Shown here piece by piece: positions 9,640-18,309 of a stretch of 26,482 bases of DNA (position 1 is its first letter; every line of letters starts with the position of its first letter). The translations under genes were made by a program, and so were the position numbers. The stretch is taken from positions 22,583-49,064 of the forward strand of contig CBFGJZ010000011.1 in assembly GCA_965649215.1 (NCBI GenBank). Reading direction: 5' to 3'. This stretch comes from a candidate division WOR-3 bacterium (lineage in GTDB: Bacteria; Hydrothermota; Tepidihabitantia; Tepidihabitantales; CAIPLT01). The notes under the pieces are model-generated. The model did not search any database. It saw only the letters and a list, made by a program, of their open reading frames with translations, and had not been told where the DNA came from.

Positions 9640-10461
9640 ATGAAATTTTGGGAAAAACTTGGACAACTTGACCGACGCATTATTTATACAATCATTGGAT
9701 TAGCTGTAATAATTCCATTAGTCTTAAAAATAACGATGCCAATACGGGTATCAGAAACAGTTCGTAATGCCTTTAATTCAATTGAAAATTTACCCGCCGG
9801 CTCAGTAGTAATGATTTCAATTGATTATGATGCATCCTCAGAGCCGGAATTGCAACCAATGTTAATTGCAGTGCTACGGCACTGTTTTAAGAAAGATATT
9901 AAAGTGATTTTAATGGGCCATTGGGCATTAGGATTACCTTTAGGCGAAATTGCTTTGAATCGTGTTGCCTTAGAGTACAATAAAAAATATGGTGAAGATT
10001 ATATAAATCTTGGTTATCGACCTGGTTATTCGGCGCTTATGGTTGGTATTGGAAGAGAGATTAGAGATTTCTTTTCTGCTGATTATCGCGGAGTCCCACT
10101 TGATAGCTTTCCATTTATGCGAAAAGTGCATAATTATAGTCAGATTGCTTTATTGGTAGGATTAGAAGCAGGGGCAACGGGTGATGCTTGGGTTCAATTC
10201 GCAGGTGCCAGATTTGGACAAAAGATGTTTTTAGGAGCAACGGGTGTTGTCGCACCAGATTTATATCCTTATTTACAAGCAAATCAAATAACGGGACTCC
10301 TGGCTGGTTTACAAGGAGCCGCAGAGTATGAGACTTTATTGAAAGCAGTAGGAACCGGTACACTTGGGATGCCGACACAATCTGTTGTGCATGGTTTAAT
10401 CATTATCTTTATTATTTTAGGTAATATTAGTTATTTTGTATTACGAAAGAAGACAAAATGA
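9640..10461 (+). CDS. Uncharacterised protein, TM + alpha/beta domain + TM (module gene C)
   Basis: ATG 9640 lies 1 nt after the upstream TAG; N-terminal TM after DRRIIY; motifs YGEDYINLGYRPG and GLLAGLQGAAEYE; C-terminal TM followed by RKKTK. Confidence 0.8.
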   Translation: MKFWEKLGQLDRRIIYTIIGLAVIIPLVLKITMPIRVSETVRNAFNSIENLPAGSVVMISIDYDASSEPELQPMLIAVLRHCFKKDIKVILMGHWALGLPLGEIALNRVALEYNKKYGEDYINLGYRPGYSALMVGIGREIRDFFSADYRGVPLDSFPFMRKVHNYSQIALLVGLEAGATGDAWVQFAGARFGQKMFLGATGVVAPDLYPYLQANQITGLLAGLQGAAEYETLLKAVGTGTLGMPTQSVVHGLIIIFIILGNISYFVLRKKTK

Positions 10462-11069
10462 TTTGGAATATTATTGGAACTTGGATTGCAGCGGGTTTGA
10501 CTTTAGCAATCTTTTCGTTTTTGTATAGAGATAATCCATTTTATAAATTTGCGGAACATTTATATGTTGGTGTTTCGGCTGGTTTTGGTGTTATTTATGT
10601 GTGGGCATTTGATTTAAAACCGATGTTGATCGACCGATTTGTTAGCGAATCCGGTATCGAAAAGTGGATTTTATTATTACCAGCGGTGTTGGGTATTTTA
10701 ATGTTATCCCGATGGATAAGTAAAATCAGTTATTTATCAAGAATACCAATATCATTTACGGTGGGTATTGGTGCTGGTTTAGGAATTACAGCGAGTGTCC
10801 AGGGTTTTTTATTGCCCCAAATTCAAGCAACTTTATTACCGTTAACAACAATCAATAATATTCTAATGGTCATTGGTGTAATTGCAACAATTCTTTATTT
10901 CTATTTTTCTCGAGAATTCAAAGGTAGGTCAAGATTTATTTTAAAATTAGGTATTATTTTTATTATGGTCTCTTTTGGTGCATCATTCGGTTATACCGTG
11001 ATGGCACGTATCTCACTTTTAATCGGTAGAATATTCTTTCTTTTATCTGATTGGCTCAAAATAGTATAA
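10458..11069 (+). CDS. Uncharacterised integral membrane protein, about 6 TM (module gene D)
   Basis: ATGA overlap with the upstream gene; LTLAIFSFLYRDNPFYKFAEHLYVGVSAG; glycine-rich TM helices. Confidence 0.8.
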   Translation: MIWNIIGTWIAAGLTLAIFSFLYRDNPFYKFAEHLYVGVSAGFGVIYVWAFDLKPMLIDRFVSESGIEKWILLLPAVLGILMLSRWISKISYLSRIPISFTVGIGAGLGITASVQGFLLPQIQATLLPLTTINNILMVIGVIATILYFYFSREFKGRSRFILKLGIIFIMVSFGASFGYTVMARISLLIGRIFFLLSDWLKIV

Positions 11070-11174
11070 ACAAAATTAATAGCTTGTTTATCAGATCGAT
11101 AAATCAATTATTAATAACTAATTTAACCCATAACCATGATTGAGTCAGTCAGTTATCTGCTACGTATTGGGATG

Positions 11175-11360
11175 GTTAATTTACAAAGTGACCGAATAGA
11201 TAATCACATGGCTAACTATCTATATAATCCATTAAGAAATGAAGTAGCTTATCAAGTTAATAAGCCCCTAGGCAACCTACTAGATAACTGCGCAGGTAAG
11301 TTGCTAAGAAACCTAATAGACAAGTTACTAAACAACCTGTTAACTAACTTAGTTAGTTAA
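11175..11360. repeat. Degenerate 12-bp-period tandem array (about 15 units), overlapping the 74-aa ORF 11136-11360
   Basis: Units such as GGCAACCTACTA, GGTAAGTTGCTA, AGAAACCTAATA, GACAAGTTACTA, AACAACCTGTTA and ACTAACTTAGTT share AA at positions 4-5 and T at position 11. They translate as GNLL, GKLL, RNLI, DKLL, NNLL, TNLV. Confidence 0.6.
11340..11360. repeat. 21-bp inverted repeat
   Basis: TTAACTAACT-T-AGTTAGTTAA: perfect 10-bp arms with a 1-nt spacer. Confidence 0.8.
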
Positions 11361-11468
11361 GCACAGGGATGGTTTGATGAAATTGTCTGTAATAAATTTT
11401 AACGTTAAGTGCATATATTCTTGATTGGTTTTTATTTTATAGCTAGTCACCTAAATATTAATTCTTCC

Positions 11469-11497
11469 TTGATTTTTTTCGTTAATCGCGTTATATT
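11469..11497 (+). promoter_or_regulatory. Putative sigma70-type promoter of ogt (leaderless)
   Basis: TTGATT-17 nt-TATATT-7 nt-ATG(11505); no SD. Confidence 0.5.
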
Positions 11498-11504
11498 GTA
11501 ATTT

Positions 11505-11981
11505 ATGGATATAGTTAAAACAAAATATGGAATTATTGGAATTGAAGCAGATGCTAATGGCATTTTAAGAATTGATTTTGATGTAAAGAATAAGTCATTA
11601 CAACATAATATTCCTAAAGAATCTTTTAAAAATAAAAATTATCACATAATAAAACTTATATCGCTATTAAAAGATTATTTTCAAGGAAAACGAGTCAACT
11701 TTAATATAAAATATTACCTATCAGGTCTATCCGATTTTACCCAAAAAGTACTATATGAAACTAAAAAGGTTGGTTATGGCGAACTTGTAACTTATCGAGA
11801 AATTGCAGAACGCATCGGTAATCCAAAAGCGAGTCGAGCAGTTGGACAAGCATTAAGTAAAAATCCATTACCAATTGTTATTCCATGTCATCGGGTTATT
11901 CGTAGCGATAAGTCATTAGGTGGTTATAAGGCAGGTTTGAAATGGAAAAAAATTCTCTTAAAATTAGAAAATAATTTATGA
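11505..11981 (+). CDS. ogt: Methylated-DNA--protein-cysteine methyltransferase
   Basis: VTYREIAERIGNPKASRAVGQA and the active-site PCHRVI motif. Confidence 0.95.
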   Translation: MDIVKTKYGIIGIEADANGILRIDFDVKNKSLQHNIPKESFKNKNYHIIKLISLLKDYFQGKRVNFNIKYYLSGLSDFTQKVLYETKKVGYGELVTYREIAERIGNPKASRAVGQALSKNPLPIVIPCHRVIRSDKSLGGYKAGLKWKKILLKLENNL

Positions 11982-12604
11982 GTAAAATTGTTAGAATTGT
12001 AGTTGGTGAAATTGCAACTAACTGTTATATTTTACAGTCAAACAATGAAATCGCAGTTATCGACCCAGGTTTTGATGGTGATAAAATATTAAATTATCTA
12101 AAAAAAATGGAAGGGAAGGTAACGCATATTATTAATACGCATGGTCACATCGATCACATTGGCGCTAATCATAAAATCAAACAAGCATCCGATGCAAATA
12201 TTTATATTCATAAAGATGATGCAGAAATGCTTAGACATCCCGCCCAAAATTTATCACTTTTGATAGGTGAATTGATTCAGTCACCAAAAGCAAATTTTTT
12301 GGTTGAAGAAGACGATATAATTAAAGTTGGACAAGAAAATCTTAAAGTAATCCATACACCCGGTCATACTAAAGGTAGTATTTGTTTAATGGGCAATAAT
12401 TATGTATTTACGGGTGATACTTTATTTTTTGATTCGGTTGGACGTACCGATTTACCTGGGGCAAATGAAGAACAACTATTTCAGTCTTTAAAAAAATTAA
12501 AAAGTCGCTTAAACGATGAAATGATTATATATCCTGGGCATGGTGAATGGGGGACTTTTAAGGAAATAAAAAGCATCAATCCGTTTTTACAATTTGATGA
12601 CTGA
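11978..12604 (+). CDS. MBL-fold metallo-hydrolase (glyoxalase II/YcbL-like)
   Basis: THGHIDH, HTPGHT, FTGDTLF, GRTDLPG, YPGHG; ATGA overlap with ogt. Confidence 0.92.
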   Translation: MSKIVRIVVGEIATNCYILQSNNEIAVIDPGFDGDKILNYLKKMEGKVTHIINTHGHIDHIGANHKIKQASDANIYIHKDDAEMLRHPAQNLSLLIGELIQSPKANFLVEEDDIIKVGQENLKVIHTPGHTKGSICLMGNNYVFTGDTLFFDSVGRTDLPGANEEQLFQSLKKLKSRLNDEMIIYPGHGEWGTFKEIKSINPFLQFDD

Positions 12605-12613
12605 TTATAAATA

Positions 12614-12641
12614 TTGACATTTTTAGTAATTATAGGATAAT
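12614..12641 (+). promoter_or_regulatory. Putative promoter of ino1-tmk-ctpA (leadered)
   Basis: TTGACA(12614)-16 nt-GATAAT; SD GGAGG at 12686-12690 before ATG 12696. Confidence 0.4.
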
Positions 12642-12695
12642 AAAAAGTAATGAAGATAATGGAAATTCATAACTTTTAAGAGAGTGGAGGAACAT

Positions 12696-13790
12696 ATGTC
12701 TAAAATAAGAGTTGCTATAATAGGTGTTGGAAATTGTGCATCAAGTTTAGTTCAGGGAGTATATTATTATCGAAATGCCAAAGAAGGTGATCTTATTCCT
12801 GGGATAATGCATGTTAATCTGGGAGGGTATCATATTCGCGATATCGAATTTTCCTTAGGTATTGATATTGACAAAAGAAAAGTGGGTAAAGATTTAGCAC
12901 AGGCTATTTATACCTATCCTAATAATACCTATAAGTTTTGCGAAGTGCCTAAATTAAATGTTAAGGTACTCCGTGGCATGACTCATGATGGATTAGGTTA
13001 TTATTTATCACAAATTATTGAAAAAGCACCGGGTCCGACTGCAGATATTGTTCGAGCTTTAAAAGAAAGCAAGACCGATATTGTTATTAATTATCTTCCT
13101 GTTGGTTCAGAAGAAGCAACGAAATGGTACGTGGAACAGGTTTTAGATGCAGGTTGCGCTTTTATAAATTGTATTCCTGTGTTTATAGCATCACAAAAAT
13201 ATTGGCATAATCGTTTCAAAGAAAGGAAATTACCTGTGATTGGAGACGATATAAAATCCCAAGTTGGAGCGACAATAGTACATCGCATGCTTACTTCTTT
13301 ATTTCAAGATCGTGGTGTAAAGTTACTACGCACTTCACAATTAAATGTTGGTGGCAATACTGATTTTTTAAATATGTTAGAACGATCCCGCTTGGAATCT
13401 AAAAAGAAATCTAAAACAGGAGCTGTAACTTCGCTTTTAAAATATGATATTGGAAAAGATAATATTTATATTGGTCCGTCTGATTATATTGCTTGGTTAA
13501 CTGATCGAAAATGGGCGTACATGCGATTAGAAGGACAAACTTTTGGTGATGTACCTTTAAATATTGAATTAAAATTAGAGGTTTGGGATTCTCCGAATTC
13601 GGCCGGAGTAGTAATAGATGCGATTCGATGTGCAAAGTTAGCATTAGATAATAAACTTTCCGGTAGTTTGATTGAACCATCAAGTTATTTTATGAAAACT
13701 CCACCGGTACAATTTCCTGATGATGTTTGTCGCGAGAAAACTGAAAATTTTATCAAGAAATACGGTAAAAAAGTTAAAAAGAATAAATAA
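12696..13790 (+). CDS. ino1: Inositol-3-phosphate (myo-inositol-1-phosphate) synthase
   Basis: [61 protein letters not shown] 12696 follows SD GGAGG. Confidence 0.96.
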   Translation: MSKIRVAIIGVGNCASSLVQGVYYYRNAKEGDLIPGIMHVNLGGYHIRDIEFSLGIDIDKRKVGKDLAQAIYTYPNNTYKFCEVPKLNVKVLRGMTHDGLGYYLSQIIEKAPGPTADIVRALKESKTDIVINYLPVGSEEATKWYVEQVLDAGCAFINCIPVFIASQKYWHNRFKERKLPVIGDDIKSQVGATIVHRMLTSLFQDRGVKLLRTSQLNVGGNTDFLNMLERSRLESKKKSKTGAVTSLLKYDIGKDNIYIGPSDYIAWLTDRKWAYMRLEGQTFGDVPLNIELKLEVWDSPNSAGVVIDAIRCAKLALDNKLSGSLIEPSSYFMKTPPVQFPDDVCREKTENFIKKYGKKVKKNK

Positions 13791-13829
13791 GAAATATATT
13801 AAAATTTGATAATTTATATGAGAAATTAG

Positions 13830-14474
13830 ATGGCGGGTGTTCTAATAGCTTTTGAGGGTATTGAAGGTTCGGGTAAATCGACGCAAGCAAAAAAAATATA
13901 TAGGTTTTTAAAACAAAACAAAATACCCACAATACTTACCTATGAACCCGGCGGGACTTCCATTGGCAATCAAATTAGAGAAATCCTATTATCTACAAAA
14001 AACAGAAATATGTGCAAAAAAACTGAGTTATTACTTTATCTTGCAAGTAGAGCTCAACATGTATACGAAAAAATTATTCCCGAACTAGCAAAAGGTAAAA
14101 TTATTATTACCGACCGTTTTTCCCTTTCTTCAATGGCTTATCAGGGAGCTGCAAGAGGTATTTCTTATAAGATTATTTATCAATTTAATAAGTTTGCAGC
14201 GAACGGTATAGATCCCGATTTAACGATTTTAGTTGATCTGCCAGTTAAAATGGGCATGGCAAGGAAAATAAATCGAACGAATAAGAATCTTGATCGAATC
14301 GAAAAAGAAAAAATAGAATTTCATCAGAAAATTCGCGATGCCTATATTTATTTAGCTCAGAAATCACCTAGAAAGATATTGATTTTTTCAGGAATTGAAG
14401 ATGAAAATATATTATTTAATAAAATTAAAGATAAGGTAGTAAATTTTCTAAGCAAGAAAGGTTTGTGGCAATGA
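13830..14474 (+). CDS. tmk: Thymidylate kinase
   Basis: P-loop FEGIEGSGKST, EPGGT, DRF..S..AYQG, LDRIE. Confidence 0.96.
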   Translation: MAGVLIAFEGIEGSGKSTQAKKIYRFLKQNKIPTILTYEPGGTSIGNQIREILLSTKNRNMCKKTELLLYLASRAQHVYEKIIPELAKGKIIITDRFSLSSMAYQGAARGISYKIIYQFNKFAANGIDPDLTILVDLPVKMGMARKINRTNKNLDRIEKEKIEFHQKIRDAYIYLAQKSPRKILIFSGIEDENILFNKIKDKVVNFLSKKGLWQ

Positions 14475-16033
14475 AATTAATCAACCATAAATTTCGTATC
14501 ACTATAACAACATTTTTAGTTATTATTGTTTTTATCGGTGGTTTTATAACTGCTAAATTATGGGCTCAACGAGTGACAAACTTACATCAATCATTACAAC
14601 AATTTAGTTATATTTTGAACTTGATAATATCAGATTATGTAGAAGAAGTTGATAGTGAAGTTTTAGTAAAGGCAGCTATTAATGGAATGTTTCAAGCTTT
14701 AGATCCATATTCAGAATTATTGGAGCAAGAACGTTATAATGATTTAAAGAGCCGATTAGATGCTGAATTTGGTGGCATCGGCATATATATTGGTATCAGA
14801 GAAAATTATCCGTCGGTGATTTCACCAATTGAAGGTACCCCTGCTTATAAGGTCGGTCTTAGAGCTGGAGACAAAATAGTTAAGATCAATGAAAAATCTA
14901 CTGAAAACATGACGATTCAAGAAGCAATGAAATTGCTTCGCGGTATTCCAGGTACTGAAGTAGAAATTACCTGTCAGCGTGAAGGACTATCCGAATTATT
15001 AACATTCAAAATAGTACGGGATACCATAAAAATTAAAGCGGTACCTTATGCCGGAAAAGTTGCATCTCAAATTGGCTATATTCGACTAGCAGATTTTTCA
15101 AAAGTCGCTCGTCAGGAAGTAGAAGTGGCAATTGATTCATTATTTGAAAAGGTGGGCTTGACTAAATTAATTCTTGATCTGCGCTCAAATCCTGGTGGCT
15201 ATTTACAGGAAGGATTCGAGGTATCTGATTTATTTTTATCAAAAGGTAAAGAAATTGTCACAGCGAAAGGAAGAAAAGCAGAATTAGTGCGTAAGTTTAT
15301 TGCAACTGATAATGAAAAATACGGTGATTACCCTTTAGTGGTTTTAGTGGATAGGGGGTCTGCATCTGCTTCAGAAATTGTTGCGGGTGCTCTACAAGAT
15401 TGGGAAAGAGCCCTAATACTTGGTGATACAACTTTTGGTAAAGGTTCGGTTCAGAATATTATCCCAATAAATGAGAATATTGCAGTTAAAATAACAAATG
15501 CGTATTGGTATACTCCATCAGGTCGTTGTATCAATAGACCCCATGATATTAAGGCAGCAATAAAAGATACAATTCAAAAATTAAAAGAAAAAAAATATTA
15601 TACTCTGGGAAGTCAAAAGAGAGAATTATATGGCGGTGGTGGGATTGTACCAGATTACTATATGACATATCGTAAACTAAACGATTTAGAGGCAAAAATA
15701 GTAGCACAAGGACTTTTCTTTGATTTTGCTGTTAAATATCTTGCTTATCATAAGGATATAAACAAAGATTTTATTGTTAATGATGAAGTAATAAATGATT
15801 TTAAATCATTTATGACCACAAAGAAAATCGAATTTACCCCAACTTTATTTGATTCGAGCAAAGAATATATAAAACAAGAAATTGAACGAGAAATCAAAGC
15901 AAAATTGTTAGGTACCATAGGGGATTATGAAGTACGTTTACGATATGATGAACAGGTGCAAAAAGCAATTGCTATTTTAGAGAAAGTAAAAAAAACAGAG
16001 GATCTGTTTAAAGTAGTTAACACACCTAAGTAG
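14471..16033 (+). CDS. ctpA: S41 carboxy-terminal processing protease with PDZ domain
   Basis: LDPYS, FGGIGI PDZ, LDLRSNPGG, GSASASEI (Ser), TFGKGSVQ (Lys); ATG 14471 overlaps the tmk stop (ATGA). Confidence 0.93.
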   Translation: MKLINHKFRITITTFLVIIVFIGGFITAKLWAQRVTNLHQSLQQFSYILNLIISDYVEEVDSEVLVKAAINGMFQALDPYSELLEQERYNDLKSRLDAEFGGIGIYIGIRENYPSVISPIEGTPAYKVGLRAGDKIVKINEKSTENMTIQEAMKLLRGIPGTEVEITCQREGLSELLTFKIVRDTIKIKAVPYAGKVASQIGYIRLADFSKVARQEVEVAIDSLFEKVGLTKLILDLRSNPGGYLQEGFEVSDLFLSKGKEIVTAKGRKAELVRKFIATDNEKYGDYPLVVLVDRGSASASEIVAGALQDWERALILGDTTFGKGSVQNIIPINENIAVKITNAYWYTPSGRCINRPHDIKAAIKDTIQKLKEKKYYTLGSQKRELYGGGGIVPDYYMTYRKLNDLEAKIVAQGLFFDFAVKYLAYHKDINKDFIVNDEVINDFKSFMTTKKIEFTPTLFDSSKEYIKQEIEREIKAKLLGTIGDYEVRLRYDEQVQKAIAILEKVKKTEDLFKVVNTPK

Positions 16034-16089
16034 TTTTATATCACTTCTTGTGTTATGAAAAAGCCTTCAAGTTGAGGTGGCAATTTGGA

Positions 16090-18309
16090 TTAAAATGTTC
16101 TTCCAATTTGGAAGTGAGGTTCCCATTTAGCTCCGTCAGTCCTGTCTAAACCATACCCAAGATCAAATCCAATTAGACCAAGCATTGGTATTTCTAGTCT
16201 TACACCAATTCCGATTCCGCGATAGAGATTAGAAATATTAAATTCGTGGAGATTATTCCAGGTATTGCCCATGTCAATGAAACTTAAAATAGCAAGTTGT
16301 GAAGATGGTCGGAACCGATATTCTAAGGAATAAATTGCTAATGATTTACCTCCTATATTATAACCACCTTCTCTTATACCAATCGAACGATCAGGATAAC
16401 CTCGTATACCATCTAAACCAGTACCACCTGCATAAAATCTTTCGTAAATAGGAACGGTATCTTTTGAACTGAAGCCATCAATAGTTCCGATTCTTGTTCG
16501 CATCATTAAACAAAATTTTTTAAACATTGGAAAATACACACTGGCGTCGATTATGTGTCGGTAAAACAATACATCAATCGTTGAAAATTCTAAAGAATAA
16601 GATAATAACGAACCAGAAATAGGATTATATACATAATCTCTTGAATCACGGACAAAACTAATGCTTGGATTGAAAGTTGTTTTGTGTAGTGTATCACGAT
16701 AAATATTATATAAGCCGCTTGGCTGATATGTTGATTTTATAGATTTAGGGGGGATATATGCATCACTTATCTGGGCAGCGAAATATAGCCGAGAATAATC
16801 AAGCCATAAAGGGCGTGAGGCATTAATACTAAAAGATTTTTCTTCTTTTTCGTAATAATCATAAGCTCGTGTTAAATAATTAAGATTGAAACCAGCTGAG
16901 ATGGGATAATCAAAAAGATAAGGTTCGGTAAAGCCAATTTGAGCATTGGTTTTGGTATTTCCCTTTTCAATCTTTAGATTTAATTGTTGTCCTTTACCAG
17001 CAAAATTAGGTTGTGACAATTCAATATAACCTGTTAATTTGTCTTGGGCATTGTATGAGATGCCAGCACCAATCGTGCCAAAGGAATTTTTTTCTTGTAC
17101 TTGATAAATAAGATCGATGGTGCCTTCGTCGTCTGTTCTCAAATAATCAAGTTTAACATCTGTGAAAAAGCCAAGATTAAAGATATCGCGTTGACTCCGA
17201 ATTACATCAGATCTTTTAAAAACTGAGCCAGGAAGCGTACTAATCTGTCGCCGTATTACTTTATCAGCAGTTCGCTCATTACCTTCAATTAAAACTAAAC
17301 GAATTCGAGCTGGTTGATTTTCTGTTATGATATAACTTATATAAACCGTGTCGTTTCTAATCTCTTCGATGGGATTGATTTGAGCATAGATATAACCGCG
17401 TTCTGAGTATAAACCATATAATTCAACTAAACTTTGATTAACTTTTTTTATGTTATAATAATATCCTGTTTTTACTTTTAGAGCTGATTGTAATTCATTT
17501 TTTGTAATAATACTTTCACCTTCAAAAAAAATGTCACCTATATAAAAACGGCTACCTTCATGAATAAAAATGGTAATATATAACCACTCATTGTTAAAAT
17601 CAAGCGAATCGAATCCTAAATTATAATCATAAATGCGCGCATCTAAATAACCATTTTCTTTGTAGAATTCAATAATTTTATCAAGATCTTCTTTAAATTT
17701 ATTTTCTTTGAATATTCCTTTACGATACCAATTTTTCTCTTTATTATTAAGTATTTTTTTTATTTTATTGGTCGGTATTTTTTGATTTCCGATAAGATTT
17801 AACTTTTTAATTCTTACACGTTCCCCTTCATCAATTTGAAAAATTAGATTTACTTTATTACTACTATCTCTATCAGTTTGTTGAATTTGAATATTTGCTA
17901 ATATAAATCCTTTTTCTTTATATAATTCTTGAATTTTAAATCGCCACTCATGAAGTTTTTGATTGGTGATAACATCACCTGTTTTTATACCTATCTTTTC
18001 TAATAGATCTTTAGTTTTGATTTTTCGATTACCAAAAAAATTATAGTTTCTCAATTGAGGAAATTCTTTAACTCGAATATTAATTTTTATACCATCAGCA
18101 ACTTGTAATGTTTCAACATCAATAGATTCGTATAAATTTAGATTATGAATTCTTCGAATTGCTTGTTCAATCTCAAAATCGGAGTAAATATCGCCCGTTT
18201 TTAAAGCCGAGGTTTTAATGATTAAATTGGGATCTGTAAATTTACTGTCAACATTTATATTTGTGATGATTTGAGATGTTAGAAATATTGTTAGGAGGAG
18301 ATTTATCAC
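16090..18309 (-). CDS. bamA: Outer membrane protein assembly factor BamA
   Basis: Five POTRA-like units; barrel with FTEPY, ERFYAGG..IRGY, GIGVRLEIPMLG and C-terminal Phe; GTG start overlaps the clpC TAG. Confidence 0.95.
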   Translation of the reverse strand: MINLLLTIFLTSQIITNINVDSKFTDPNLIIKTSALKTGDIYSDFEIEQAIRRIHNLNLYESIDVETLQVADGIKINIRVKEFPQLRNYNFFGNRKIKTKDLLEKIGIKTGDVITNQKLHEWRFKIQELYKEKGFILANIQIQQTDRDSSNKVNLIFQIDEGERVRIKKLNLIGNQKIPTNKIKKILNNKEKNWYRKGIFKENKFKEDLDKIIEFYKENGYLDARIYDYNLGFDSLDFNNEWLYITIFIHEGSRFYIGDIFFEGESIITKNELQSALKVKTGYYYNIKKVNQSLVELYGLYSERGYIYAQINPIEEIRNDTVYISYIITENQPARIRLVLIEGNERTADKVIRRQISTLPGSVFKRSDVIRSQRDIFNLGFFTDVKLDYLRTDDEGTIDLIYQVQEKNSFGTIGAGISYNAQDKLTGYIELSQPNFAGKGQQLNLKIEKGNTKTNAQIGFTEPYLFDYPISAGFNLNYLTRAYDYYEKEEKSFSINASRPLWLDYSRLYFAAQISDAYIPPKSIKSTYQPSGLYNIYRDTLHKTTFNPSISFVRDSRDYVYNPISGSLLSYSLEFSTIDVLFYRHIIDASVYFPMFKKFCLMMRTRIGTIDGFSSKDTVPIYERFYAGGTGLDGIRGYPDRSIGIREGGYNIGGKSLAIYSLEYRFRPSSQLAILSFIDMGNTWNNLHEFNISNLYRGIGIGVRLEIPMLGLIGFDLGYGLDRTDGAKWEPHFQIGRTF

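Noticed and set aside
8937-11069. Rnf/Nqr, ECF or ABC transporter subunits
   Set aside because: No Cys ligands typical of RnfA/E or NqrD/E, no FMN-binding S/TGAT motif in a recognisable RnfG/D context, no EAA loop and no ATPase gene.
11175-11360. CRISPR array
   Set aside because: The period is 12 bp with degenerate units; there is no constant 23-47 bp repeat with unique spacers, and no cas genes.
16034-16089. Bidirectional terminator between convergent ctpA and bamA
   Set aside because: Only a weak imperfect stem (GCCTTCAA/TTGAGGT) without a convincing loop or U-tracts.
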